Below are positions 26,521 through 37,400 of a DNA stretch of 64,000 nt, piece after piece. The stretch's first letter is position 1; every line of letters starts with the position of its first letter. This stretch comes from Candidatus Kerfeldbacteria bacterium. Lineage in GTDB: Bacteria > Patescibacteriota > Patescibacteriia > SBBC01. A program made the translations under genes and the position numbers. A model generated the notes under the pieces. The model was not told the origin of the DNA, did no database searches, and was given only the letters and a program-made list of their open reading frames with translations. The stretch is taken from NCBI GenBank assembly GCA_043799405.1, contig JAZDNT010000003.1, forward strand, positions 15,461 to 79,460. The letters are read 5' to 3'.

Positions 26521-26643
26521 CCAATAACTCGTCAACTCAGCACCACTTTTTACCTACAAGTACATACCAAATATAAACTATCATTATGACAATCTAAAAA
26601 GCGCTGTCGGGAATACCCCACAATGGCAAAAAGTGGTGCTGGG

Positions 26644-27321
26644 TCAAGACAGGCCGATCGTAGTTCCGACAAACGGCTTTCCGGCTATCACCTTGCGGAG
26701 ATTGGCAAGATTAGACGAGACGACGAAGACGGTGAGCTGGTGTCGCGCAGCATACCTGCTCGCAGCAGGATCGAACGGAGCGTGCATACTCGGCTTCAGC
26801 GGTCGATCGAACACGCGTCGGTACTCCTTCCACGTCATACGGTCGATCAACCGCGCGTGGCGCGACGTATCTGGGTCGGCGGTGTACACCCCTTCGACGT
26901 CGGTCACGTTGATGATCGAGTTCGCTCCGAGCGCACGGGCAAGGACAACGGCGCAGTAGTCAGTCGTCCCGCCCGGCTTCCTCCCTGCCGCGACGATGAT
27001 ATTCCCCGTGAATCGGGTGTGTTCGCTGTACGAGGTCATAACAGGCCGACGGACGCCGAGAGCGATGCGGATCAGTTCGGAGTTTACTACGGTTTGTCGG
27101 ATTCCGATCCAGTGCAGATCCTCATCGCGTCGGGCACCGAGCTTTTTCGCAATACGGACCATGGTGCGCGACTGCGCGCCACCACCACAGGTGATCGCAA
27201 AACGCCTTTTTTGCGAGAGGCGCTTTATCATCGTGGCGAATCTCGAAACGAACCTAACGTCAACATCACGGGGAACTACGACCGAGCCCCCGAGCGAAAT
27301 GACTAACGCTGAATTGTTCAT
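26644..27321 (-). CDS. pyrH: amino-acid-kinase-fold protein, archaeal-type UMP kinase-like
   Basis: LVISLGGSVV..., ITCGGGAQSR, GRKPGGTTDYCAVVLARALGANSIINVTDVEGVYTADP. 225 aa. Confidence 0.72.
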   Translation of the reverse strand: MNNSALVISLGGSVVVPRDVDVRFVSRFATMIKRLSQKRRFAITCGGGAQSRTMVRIAKKLGARRDEDLHWIGIRQTVVNSELIRIALGVRRPVMTSYSEHTRFTGNIIVAAGRKPGGTTDYCAVVLARALGANSIINVTDVEGVYTADPDTSRHARLIDRMTWKEYRRVFDRPLKPSMHAPFDPAASRYAARHQLTVFVVSSNLANLRKVIAGKPFVGTTIGLS

Positions 27322-28355
27322 CGCAGGTACTGCTGCTTATTCGCAAGGTGCTCCTCATACGTCATCGCGTAGTGCACAGAACCCGACGCATCGGTAAGGA
27401 AGTACAGGTAGGAGTTCGGCTGCGGATTGTTCGTCGCCGAAATACTTACGAGTCCCGGATTGCTGATAGGTCCCGGCGGTAGGCCTCTGTTCACGTACGT
27501 ATTGTACGGCGAACCTACGGAGATATCTGATTCTGTCGGCTGGAGCGCCTTTTTTCCCGTTACGAAGTTGACTGTCGCATCGGACTGAAGCGGCATGCCT
27601 ACGGCGAGCCTCCGCCAGAAGATATCAGCGACCATCTTACGGTCTGTTTCGCTCCGGACCTCGAGCTCGACGATAGAGGCGAGGGTAACGACGTCATAGA
27701 GCGTTTTTCCCTTCGAAACGATCTCATTACGCGTAGAGCTCATGACCTTCGTTCCGAAGTTCGTCAGCATTTTTTTTATGATATCGGCGGTGCTCGCGTT
27801 CGGAAACACACGGTACGTATCCGGGAACAGGTACCCCTCGAGCGTCGCCGTTGCCGGCCTTCCAGCTAAGAAATCAAAGCGATCATCGGGGAGTATTGTC
27901 CGTGAATCGATCGTACTGGCGGCAGTAACGAACTCCTCTTTCATACCGATCCCCTTTCCCTGCAGGTACTCGCCGATCTGCGAACTCGTCCATCCCTCCG
28001 GGATCTGAATTGTGACGTCCGTTGCCGATGGCTTTACCAACGCTCGCGCGATCGCCGTTGCGCTCATCGACGGTGACAGCTCGAACGTCCCGGCACGCAG
28101 GTCCTTCCCCAGTCCGGCGAGAACGACGGTCGCCTCGAAAATGTACTCATTGCGGATGAGCTTCGCCTCAGCAAGCTGTTGTGCGATGCTTCTGACACCG
28201 CTCCCCTGAGGGACGGTGAACGTCTGTGTATCCTTGTTCCCCGAATTCACTGGCCGAAGTTCAGTAAAGAACCACCACACTGCAACGCCGATGAGGATGA
28301 CCGGAACGACGAAGAGGATCGCGCTTATGACCGGTGAGGTTCGTCGGTGTCGCAT
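27318..28355 (-). CDS. mltG: endolytic murein transglycosylase MltG (YceG family)
   Basis: N-terminal TM, LASIVELE, LQSDATVNF, SPYNTYVNRGLPPGPISNPG. Confidence 0.88.
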   Translation of the reverse strand: MRHRRTSPVISAILFVVPVILIGVAVWWFFTELRPVNSGNKDTQTFTVPQGSGVRSIAQQLAEAKLIRNEYIFEATVVLAGLGKDLRAGTFELSPSMSATAIARALVKPSATDVTIQIPEGWTSSQIGEYLQGKGIGMKEEFVTAASTIDSRTILPDDRFDFLAGRPATATLEGYLFPDTYRVFPNASTADIIKKMLTNFGTKVMSSTRNEIVSKGKTLYDVVTLASIVELEVRSETDRKMVADIFWRRLAVGMPLQSDATVNFVTGKKALQPTESDISVGSPYNTYVNRGLPPGPISNPGLVSISATNNPQPNSYLYFLTDASGSVHYAMTYEEHLANKQQYLR

Positions 28356-28356
28356 A

Positions 28357-29433
28357 TCAGAGGAGGTGATGGAGCTGCTGGCGCTCGAGCTCGGTAACGA
28401 TCTTTTTGACGTCCTGCGCGCGGTCCTTCGGACAGATCAACAGGGCATCCTCCGTGTCGATCACGACCATATCGGTCAATCCGGCCGTGGCGATGAGTTT
28501 ACCGGTGTAGCTATAGACGATGTTGCCGCGGGAATCGATGTGCACGTGCTTGCCGTGCGTAACGTTCGCGTGCTGGTGCGGCGCACGCATTTCGAACACC
28601 TCGCGCCAGCTCCCTATGTCCGCCCAGGTGAGGTCGAGCGGCATGACGAGCATCGACCGGTCGTGTTCGTTGATGCCGTAGTCGATCGCGATCCTATCCA
28701 TCTTCGGGAATAGCCGCTTGAGCGTCGCAGACTCACTGCGCGTCCCGATCGTCTTTGCGATCCTCATGAGGAGCGCGTAGCTCTTCGGAAGCCAACGGCG
28801 GTACTTCTCGAGCATAGCGTCGACCCTGAACGCGAACGAACCGATGTTCCAGAGGTACTCCCAGCGTGAGACGAACTTCCGCGCCGTTGCGAGGTCCGGC
28901 TTTTCGACGAACCGCTTTACGGAGAACACCTCGTACGGCCCGAAACGGTCTACCTGACTTTCCATCATGATGTACCCGAGGCCGGTGTGGGGGTAGCGCG
29001 GCTTGACCCCGAACAGCAGCGTCCGGTCCGGATGCTTCGCGACGATCCGGCCCGCCGCCCGGATCGCACGGTTGTACGCGACCTCTTCCTTGAAGTAGTG
29101 GTCCGAGCTCACCGTAACCATAATGTCCTTCGGATTGCGCTTCCAGAGATACGTCGCGATCAATCCGATCGCCGCAGAGGTGTCGCACCGCAACGGTTCA
29201 ATGATATAGTGACCCTTGCCGAGCGTCGGCAGCTGTTTTCGGATCGCTGGAGCCTGCGCTTCATTCGTTGCGACAAAAATATCAGCATTGTTCCAGCTGC
29301 GGCGGAGCCGCCGGTACGTTTTTTGCAGCAACGAATCGCGGTCGCCGAACGGCTGCACCTGTTTCGGAATGTTCTTGCGCGAGACAGGCCAGAGCCGTGT
29401 ACCGCTCCCTCCCGCTAAAATAACAACCTTCAT
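28357..29433 (-). CDS. mannose-1-phosphate guanylyltransferase-like nucleotidyltransferase
   Basis: Start at MKVVILAGGSGTRLWPVSRKNIPKQ. Length and C-terminal beta-helix region fit ManC/CpsB type. Confidence 0.82.
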   Translation of the reverse strand: MKVVILAGGSGTRLWPVSRKNIPKQVQPFGDRDSLLQKTYRRLRRSWNNADIFVATNEAQAPAIRKQLPTLGKGHYIIEPLRCDTSAAIGLIATYLWKRNPKDIMVTVSSDHYFKEEVAYNRAIRAAGRIVAKHPDRTLLFGVKPRYPHTGLGYIMMESQVDRFGPYEVFSVKRFVEKPDLATARKFVSRWEYLWNIGSFAFRVDAMLEKYRRWLPKSYALLMRIAKTIGTRSESATLKRLFPKMDRIAIDYGINEHDRSMLVMPLDLTWADIGSWREVFEMRAPHQHANVTHGKHVHIDSRGNIVYSYTGKLIATAGLTDMVVIDTEDALLICPKDRAQDVKKIVTELERQQLHHLL

Positions 29434-29465
29434 GTCGTATAGTCTACCATGGTACACTATTTCGA

Positions 29466-30101
29466 TTAAGCGGTGATTAGTGGCACGAACTGGAATCCGG
29501 GGAACCGCTGTTCACGGTAGTTACCCTTCCCCTGCTTCTCGACGAGAACCATGTCCTGCGCGTACTCACCGACGGGAATGACGAGCCTGCCGCCGACCTT
29601 CAGCTGATCGAGAAGCGCAGAAGGGATCTCGTTTGCTGCAGCGGAGACAAGGATGCGGTCAAACGGCGCAAACTCAGAGAGTCCCCTGCTTCCGTCTCCG
29701 GCGAACAGCTCAACCGTCGTATACCCTGCGCGTCTCAAATTCTCCTCGCCGAAATTTTTCAGCTGCGGAATGAGTTCCATCGCGTACACCTTTCCCGCCT
29801 TCCCAACGATCTCAGCGAGCAGTCCCGTTGTCCACGCAGAACCAGAACCGACGTCGAGGATCTTGTCCCCCTCCTGCGGCTGCAGGAGCTCGAGCATGAA
29901 CGCAACGGTCAATGGCTGGGAAATGGTCTGCCCGTATCCGATCGGCAGCGGCTCATCAACGAGCGCGTCCTCGGAATACTCTGGTTTCACAAAACCAGCC
30001 CTATCGACGATCTCGAACGCCCGTATGATCGACGGGGATTTCAGAATGCCCTGTTTTCGAAGCTTTTCAATGAGTTCCTTCACATGAACAGTATACTCCA
30101 T
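29466..30101 (-). CDS. pcm: protein-L-isoaspartate O-methyltransferase
   Basis: Start at MEYTVHVKELIE. Motifs GYGQTISQP and ILDVGSGSAWTT. Confidence 0.88.
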   Translation of the reverse strand: MEYTVHVKELIEKLRKQGILKSPSIIRAFEIVDRAGFVKPEYSEDALVDEPLPIGYGQTISQPLTVAFMLELLQPQEGDKILDVGSGSAWTTGLLAEIVGKAGKVYAMELIPQLKNFGEENLRRAGYTTVELFAGDGSRGLSEFAPFDRILVSAAANEIPSALLDQLKVGGRLVIPVGEYAQDMVLVEKQGKGNYREQRFPGFQFVPLITA

Positions 30102-30305
30102 TATACGCAGAGAAACGAAATAATCGCTAGGATAATGCGTACTAAGTTGCACACTATAAGCATTAAGAAATTTTTCAGGCTGTGGATAAATCACAGCAAA
30201 CCCGCTAGGGATTCAGCTGTCTCCAAAGACAACGCATCAATTTATTGGTATCTATTGCGAAAAGTATCTGTGCACGGTACACTATTCCAGTCAGGGGAAT
30301 AACCC

Positions 30306-30334
30306 TTGACAAAAATAAAACAAACTTGTAAGGT
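30306..30334 (+). promoter_or_regulatory. promoter P1 of surface-protein operon (CCCTTGACAA-17-TAAGGT)
   Basis: TTGACA 30306-30311, TAAGGT 30329-30334. Same hexamers and flanks as 34304-34332. Followed by a leader of roughly 280 nt. Confidence 0.6.
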
Positions 30335-30616
30335 TTGCTGGCTATTATCGTTCGTTGATCCCCAACAAACCGGAACTTTCATGGGGCAGTTCCAAAGCTC
30401 ATTAACTACACGCTCGTTTTAGACGGGTCGAAAGCACCCGAAATCGCACGTTCGCACGATACCTCTGGAGGGGGAGAGAAAGCCAACAAAACTATATAAG
30501 AAATTTCACGACCTACTGTGCGTGATATTTCTAAAAATCTTATGCAGTTTTGCTGGCTTTTTTACTTACGTTACGACTACTAACACCATATTATAAGCAT
30601 CTAAATAGGAGCACTT

Positions 30617-31459
30617 ATGAAAACCGTACGAACGACCGCACGAAGGGTCCGCAGCAATCGCCGCCCAACCGGGCTAGTGGCTATAACCAGGTTCGTGGCT
30701 GTCTCGATATGCCTGCTCGCGCTGATTTCAGCCGGTTTCATCTGGACTGCGCTCCGGCCGTCAGCAGCCAGCGCCTCGATCCCAACGACCGGTACTATCT
30801 CCGGAGTGGTTTGGCACGACCTGAACGGCAATAAGCTGCGCGATGCCGGCGAACCGGGAATGCCCAATGTCATGATCTTAACCACCCGCGGCAATAAGAC
30901 CATCACCGCGGCTGACGGCAGTTATACTTTGACCAACGTTCTGACCGGCCGTGTCTTCGTCATTGAAGCCACTCCCGCGGGTTACGTGAACACCAACGCT
31001 AACAACGTCATCATTACCAATGCGGTCGCTGGTCAAACCACCGCCAACATCAATTTCGGAAATTACCAGACCCTGAACACGCATTTCACCGGCGGCGTTT
31101 ACAACGATGCGAACGGGAACGGTCATCGTGACACCCCCGGCGACAAATGGGTTAAGACGGGATTGACCGTGACGTTATGGCAGTTCGACATCTGGTATTT
31201 TAACCACCCTGAATTATACGGAGCGAATGACGGTTACCTAGAATACGCAACCACGACAACTAATTCCGGTGGGCAATACGATTTCAGCACCATCGATCCT
31301 GGAAAATATAAGTTGACCGTCACGCCGGATGCCGGATACGCCATGACCGAACCGGCTAGCGGACAGTACATCGACGTTCTGCCACGTTCCGGTGGTTCAG
31401 TGGGTCCTCTTGATTTCGGAGTTCATTCGAGTACGGTCATGCAACTATTAGATAGATAA
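30617..31459 (+). CDS. membrane-anchored protein with SdrD-B/Cna-B-like domains
   Basis: N-terminal anchor LVAITRFVAVSICLLALISAGFIW. ISGVVWHDLNGNKLRDAGEPGMPNV...DGSYTLTNV is typical of SD-repeat B-type folds. Confidence 0.75.
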   Translation: MKTVRTTARRVRSNRRPTGLVAITRFVAVSICLLALISAGFIWTALRPSAASASIPTTGTISGVVWHDLNGNKLRDAGEPGMPNVMILTTRGNKTITAADGSYTLTNVLTGRVFVIEATPAGYVNTNANNVIITNAVAGQTTANINFGNYQTLNTHFTGGVYNDANGNGHRDTPGDKWVKTGLTVTLWQFDIWYFNHPELYGANDGYLEYATTTTNSGGQYDFSTIDPGKYKLTVTPDAGYAMTEPASGQYIDVLPRSGGSVGPLDFGVHSSTVMQLLDR

Positions 31460-31479
31460 TCATTTTAAAAGGAGACGCT

Positions 31480-34227
31480 ATGAAAACATTAACAAGAATC
31501 GCACGGCGAAAGTCATTCAGACTGGCCGTGTGGAAAACCTTAAGTGCCGTCGTTGGGGTAGTGACGGTATTCAATGTCAGTCTTATCGGTGTAGTATTTG
31601 TGCCAAGAAGCGCTGTCGAGGCAGGAGTTGGAGGAGGCTCAGGGGCGATTTGGACCAACACTGGACCATGTGGCGACCCACAAAATGTGAATGAATATGC
31701 GGTCGGTGATGATGTATATATTCATGGCTCAGGTTTTGATCCAGGAACATACAATTGGGATATAACTGGCCAACCTCACTCTGGTGATCCTAGTTCAATT
31801 GTTGCCTCTGGAACAATAACACCGGACACGAGTGGTGGTTTTTGCTTTATTGGTTACACGATTCTTAGTGGTGATTTTGGTGTCTATAAATACGGAGTCG
31901 GCAATAAAAACGACAACTACCATGTAAATGGTCTAACGACTGGATCGCTGCTTTTTACCAAGATGGTTGATAGCGGATCGGTTAACGCGGATTCTTTTAG
32001 CTTTACAATCTCTCCTGATCCACAAAGTGTGGGAACAATTAATACGTCCAGTGGGACGTTTACCTTTGAGGGTTTGACCGCTGGTCCTTACACGGTTACA
32101 GAACAACCAATGGCGGGCTACCATCAGGTTTCCTCAACCTGTACAAACATTGCAGTAGTTGCCGGTCAACAGGCTACTTGTGTAATCCACAACGCCATCG
32201 ACCCGACACAGCCATCCCTCACGGTGAATAAAACTGTTAATGGAGTAAAAACCAATTCTGCTGCACCGGGCGCAACACTGAACTACGCGATTACCGTGAC
32301 GAACGGCGGTGACCTTCCAGCAACGAACGTCACTATCACGGATACGGTCCCGGCGCACCTCACTGTGGTAACGCCAATCCCCGACGGAGGCGTTCTCTCG
32401 AGCAATACCGTAACGTGGACCGGCATTACTGTCCCGGGACACAATTCAATAACGCGTACCTTCCAGGCGACGATAGATACGTTCATGCCTCTCGGCACGA
32501 CGGACCTTACGAACACCGCGGAGCTCGGTTGCCAGCTTACAACCCTAACTCTGAGCACATTGGCGTTCAGGGTCTGTCCTTGGGGTGGTCTTACCTCGAG
32601 TGCAACAACGACCGTTGAAGTTGTACCCACATACGACCTCCACGGCCAGAAATTCAACGACCTGAACGGCAACGGCACCTGGGACCAAGGTGAGCCGGCC
32701 CTTAATGGTTGGAACATCTTCATCGATAAAAACGCTAACGGCGCTCTCGATACTGGCGAGCCATCAATGATAACGCAGAATCATAGCGGTCAAGATGGTT
32801 GGTACTGGTTCGAGGGTCTACCTGCCGGTACCTACTCGCTCTGCGAAGTGCCGCAGGCGGGATGGGGCCAAACGTACCCCGCCAATGCTAACCACAACTG
32901 CCATACGGTCACGCTTCCGTTCGGCCAAGGCGAAAACACCTGCTTCGGCATCGGAGACCTCAGGGGAGCTGTGTCTGTAGTAAATGCAGTAGTCGCCCCG
33001 ACTTGCAACTTCGGTAACAAAGGAATCCCGACCATAGCATTAAGCAAGTCCGCGACAGCAACGGTCGCAGCAGGCAGCAACATCACGTACACGTTGACCT
33101 GGTCAATCGGTGGAAACGCACCGGCAACGAACCTTATACTCACCGATCCCCTGCCGACAAACACCACGTTTGTCTCGGCGGACAACGGCGGCACGAATGT
33201 CGCGGGTACTGTGACGTGGAACCTCGGGACGAAGAATCCCGGCGATTCCGGAACGCTCACGCTTGTCGTGAAGAGCAATTCCCCGCTCGACAACGGCACG
33301 GTCATCACGAACACGGCAACGCTCACCGCTAGTGGTCTGACCCCGATCAGCAAGACTGCAACGACAACGGCGACCGGAGCCCCGACACTCTCGCTCACGA
33401 AGACCGTTGATGCTTCAACTGTGAAGCCGAACCAGACGGTCAACTACACGATCACCTGGAGCGTTGCCGGCAACTCGAAGGCGACTAACGTCATCCTGAC
33501 CGACTCGCTTCCTGCAACTCTAAATTTCGTGTCAGCGGATAACGGCGGAACGTTCGACGTGACGACCCGGACGATCACCTGGAACCTCGGCACGAAGGAT
33601 CCGGGAAACACCGGAAGCGTCCACGTCGTTGCAACGACGTTCGCGACAATGGCGAACGGGATCACGATCACCAACAATTCGGCGATCAAGGCAACGGAGA
33701 CCGACCCGAAGTTCGCGTCAGCATCATCGACCGCGGTTGTTCCGCAGGTGCTCGGTGCTACCATAACGCCAGGACTGTCGATCACGAAGGTCGCAAACGT
33801 GAAGACCGCGAAGCCGAACACCTCGGTCACCTACACGATCACGGTGAAGAACACCGGTGACGTCGGAGCAACAAACGTCGTCGTGACCGATACGATCCCG
33901 AGCGGGCTCTCGTTCATCGGGGCATTAGGAAAGACGCAAACCTGGGAACTTGGTACGCTCGCTGCCAGCGAAACACGGACGATTACTGTCGACGTACGGG
34001 TAAACAGCACGATACTGGGCGGAAGCTACACGAACGTCGCGTCAGCGGTCGCTGACGACGTCGCCATGGTACAGGCATCCGCGACCATTAAAGTACCGAC
34101 TGTTCTCGGTCTCGCAACGACCGGCACAAGCTGGTTCGACTACCTGATCGCCATGATCGGCGCAGCGCTCGTCGCATTCGGTCTGTTCGGCCTTAAGAAA
34201 CCGAAACGCGTAAGAGTACAAAATTAA
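31480..34227 (+). CDS. LAxTG-anchored surface protein (915 aa) with DUF11-type repeats and SdrD-B-like domain
   Basis: Signal/anchor N-terminus. Repeated xLTKxxxxxxVxPGxxVTYTIxxxNxGxxxATNVxxTDxLP modules. C-terminus is VLGLATTG + hydrophobic helix + KKPKRVRVQN. Confidence 0.85.
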   Translation: MKTLTRIARRKSFRLAVWKTLSAVVGVVTVFNVSLIGVVFVPRSAVEAGVGGGSGAIWTNTGPCGDPQNVNEYAVGDDVYIHGSGFDPGTYNWDITGQPHSGDPSSIVASGTITPDTSGGFCFIGYTILSGDFGVYKYGVGNKNDNYHVNGLTTGSLLFTKMVDSGSVNADSFSFTISPDPQSVGTINTSSGTFTFEGLTAGPYTVTEQPMAGYHQVSSTCTNIAVVAGQQATCVIHNAIDPTQPSLTVNKTVNGVKTNSAAPGATLNYAITVTNGGDLPATNVTITDTVPAHLTVVTPIPDGGVLSSNTVTWTGITVPGHNSITRTFQATIDTFMPLGTTDLTNTAELGCQLTTLTLSTLAFRVCPWGGLTSSATTTVEVVPTYDLHGQKFNDLNGNGTWDQGEPALNGWNIFIDKNANGALDTGEPSMITQNHSGQDGWYWFEGLPAGTYSLCEVPQAGWGQTYPANANHNCHTVTLPFGQGENTCFGIGDLRGAVSVVNAVVAPTCNFGNKGIPTIALSKSATATVAAGSNITYTLTWSIGGNAPATNLILTDPLPTNTTFVSADNGGTNVAGTVTWNLGTKNPGDSGTLTLVVKSNSPLDNGTVITNTATLTASGLTPISKTATTTATGAPTLSLTKTVDASTVKPNQTVNYTITWSVAGNSKATNVILTDSLPATLNFVSADNGGTFDVTTRTITWNLGTKDPGNTGSVHVVATTFATMANGITITNNSAIKATETDPKFASASSTAVVPQVLGATITPGLSITKVANVKTAKPNTSVTYTITVKNTGDVGATNVVVTDTIPSGLSFIGALGKTQTWELGTLAASETRTITVDVRVNSTILGGSYTNVASAVADDVAMVQASATIKVPTVLGLATTGTSWFDYLIAMIGAALVAFGLFGLKKPKRVRVQN

Positions 34228-34238
34228 TATCAACTGCC

Positions 34239-34275
34239 CTGGAGGGGGTGGCCAACCTAGGTCACCCCCTTCCAG
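34239..34275 (+). terminator. hairpin terminator after the 915-aa gene
   Basis: CTGGAGGGGGTG...CACCCCCTTCCAG inverted repeat. Confidence 0.55.
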
Positions 34276-34303
34276 TAGGGATTAGAAGGCTCTGTGAAAA
34301 CCC

Positions 34304-34332
34304 TTGACAAACTACAACAATTCAGCTAAGGT
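34304..34332 (+). promoter_or_regulatory. promoter P2 of giant adhesin gene (CCCTTGACAA-17-TAAGGT)
   Basis: TTGACA 34304-34309, TAAGGT 34327-34332. Paralogous to P1. Confidence 0.6.
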
Positions 34333-34491
34333 CAAACGTTTTCCACTCACCGTGATCCAACCCAATAAATAGGACATCCAGCATGATAGAAATATTTCGC
34401 AGTATAAAGCCAACAACTGGGCATCAACTCGGCGTGGCGCGCAGTTGCTTACTTTATATACATAATTATAGAGGAGTTTAACGAAACGCTT

Positions 34492-37400
34492 ATGACAATC
34501 AATTTCATACAGAAGAAATCGTTCAAGGAAAAATTCGGAAAGGCGCTGAGCATCGTCGTCGGCGTGACGACCGTGCTTAACGTCAGCATGGTCTGGGCGC
34601 TAGTCCCGACAGCACAGGCAGTCCCGCCTCCGCTCCCGAACTTTGCGGCTGTTTCCTGGTCTCCGTACCAGCTCAATGGCCACAATGTTACGGACTACGA
34701 GGACAACGTCTGCGGCATCAATGACAGCTCGCACGGACCTGCGAACGTAGCGCCGGACAGCGTCGACCTTGCATCGAACGCGATACCAGACCCCTGCCCG
34801 CCTGGGCAGAACCCCGGTACTGCGCCGACGCTCTTTACTGGCGCTGACGCTGATTACTTCTACTTCCGCGTCCGGCTTGCCGATACGCCGCTCTCCCCCG
34901 GGGGCGGAGCAAAATACGACAGCTATCACTGGGACGTCCTGATTGATACGAACAACGACCACTACAGCAACTACGTATTCGACCTGTTCGGAACGAGCTC
35001 GGTTTTCGGGAGCGGTTCGACTCGAAAGGGCGCACTCGGCCTCTATAAGAACGATCCGAATGCGCAGACCTACGATCCTAACGTTCCGGCAAATGTCGTC
35101 TGGCAGGCAGAAGCAAGCGCAACGACCGACCTCTACACGAACCTCTCCGTGACCCCAGAGAACGCACTCCAGTACTTCCTCGACCTCGCACTTCCGAAGT
35201 CAGTCGCGCCTTTTACGTCGTACGCGAATCTCTTTGCAAGTACGTCAGCATCGAACACTGATCCGCTGCAGAAGGACTGGATGTCGAACGAGGCGTTTTT
35301 CCTTGAACTCACGCAGCATAAGTCGGTCGTGAACCTCACTCGCCCAGGTGCATTGACGGTAAGCAACCCGGTAAAGCCGGGTGACACGCTCCGCTACACG
35401 CTCACTGTTGCGAACACCGGAACAATCGCGGCTCCTGCATACATCGTGACCGATGACCTTTCTGACCTCGTCGATTATACCGGCGCGCCGTTCAACATCT
35501 CGAACACCGGGTCATACAACGGGACCACGCACTTCATTTCCTGGCCCGCGGTCACGATCAATCCTGCAACGACCATCACACGGACATTTGACGTCACCGT
35601 AAAACCGTACACAGAGTGGCCTGGAAGCGGCGATTTTGACATTACAAACGTCTACGGCGACCGGATCGACCTTAAGCTCTGCAACCTCACGATCACAAAA
35701 TCAGTCAACAAGACATCGGTACAACCTGGCGACCAGATCACCTATACCGTCAACTACTCAAACACAGGAACAGCGAACTGCACCGGTACCGGCGTCCGCA
35801 TCGATGATGCGATCCCCGCCGGTTCGACGTACGTAAACGGCAGCAATACGCAGAACGTCACCGGCGATACTGATGGTCAGGGCATCGACTTCGGCTACGG
35901 CGACACAAAATTCAGCGGATTTGCTAATCCAACTGGTTACAATGGAACGTACGTTTCGTGGAACGCGCACACCGTCTCGCCCGGCGAATCCGGAACAGTG
36001 ACCTTCAAGGTTACGGCGAACGCTCTTGCGGAGTGCGGCCAGGCAGACATCACGAACAAGGCGAAGATCTACAGCGACCAGTTCACCGCAGGTATCGAAA
36101 GCAATATGGTGACGACACACAGCACAGCAGATTGCTTCACCACGCTCACGGTCATCAAGCACGTTGTGAACGACAACGGCGGAACAAAGAACGCTTCTGA
36201 CTTCCAGCTGCACATCAGCGGAACCGTCGGCAATCATGACGTCACTGGCGCAGAAGCGCCTGGCGTTACCGTGAACGTCAATCCCGGAACGTACAACGTT
36301 ACCGAGGATCCTGTGTACGGTTATGCAGCGTCCTATAGCGCAAACTGCTCCGGAACGCTCAACCCAGGAGACGACAAGGTCTGCACAGTCACGAACAATG
36401 ACATCCAGCCCAAGCTCACCGTTACGAAGGTCGTTGTGAACGACAACGGCGGGACAAAGCAGGTTTCTGACTTCCCGCTGTTCGTCGGCACAGCGTCGGT
36501 AACGAGCGGGGTCGAGAACGGCTTCAATGCCGGTCCCTATGTTGTCAGCGAAACACAGCAGTTCGGTTACGATTCGGCTATTACCGGCGACTGCGATACG
36601 AACGGCAACGTCCGGCTATCGGTTGGTGACGACAAGCACTGCACCATCACGAACGACGACATTGCCCCGTTGCTCACTGTGACGAAGACCGTCGTGAACG
36701 ACAACGGCGGCAACAATTCTGCTCCTGACTTCACCATGAACGTCACAGGCACGAACGTCTCGAATCCGTCGTTTGCAGGTAGTGAAGCAGGAACGACCGT
36801 GACCCTCGACCAGGGCTCCTACGGCGTCGACGAGTCGCCTTTCTCGGGCTACACGAAGACGCTCGGAACCGACTGTGTCGGAACGATCAGCGTCGGCGAG
36901 CACAAGTACTGCACGATCACGAACGACGACCAGTCTGCTTCGATCACGTTGATCAAGTCCGTCACGAACAACAACGGCGGAACAGCAGGCGTCAATGACT
37001 TCGGCCTGACGATCGGCGGCATAGCAGTCAACTCCGGTGATACTCGCAATGTCAACGCCAACACAGCCATAGCACTCAACGAAGCTGGGCTCTTCGGCTA
37101 CAACTTCGTGTCGCTCACGGGTGACGCAAAGTGCCCGACAGTGCTCGGCGGTACAGCAACGCTCAACGAAGGCGAACACATCACCTGCACGATCACGAAC
37201 GATGATGTGGCGCCGCTCCTCACCGTTACAAAGTACGTCAATAACTCGAACGGCGGAACAGCGGTTCCTTCTGACTTCACGATGAACGTAACCGGCTCAA
37301 GTCCGGCGCCAGCTTCGTTCCCAGGAAGCTCTACGGGTACGCTGGTCGTACTCAATACAGGATCGTACAACGTTACTGAATCGGGCCCGAGCGGGTATAG

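Noticed and set aside
26623-27306. 227-aa plus-strand ORF
   Set aside because: It is fully antisense to the well-supported UMP-kinase-like gene, and it is Arg-rich with no recognisable domain.
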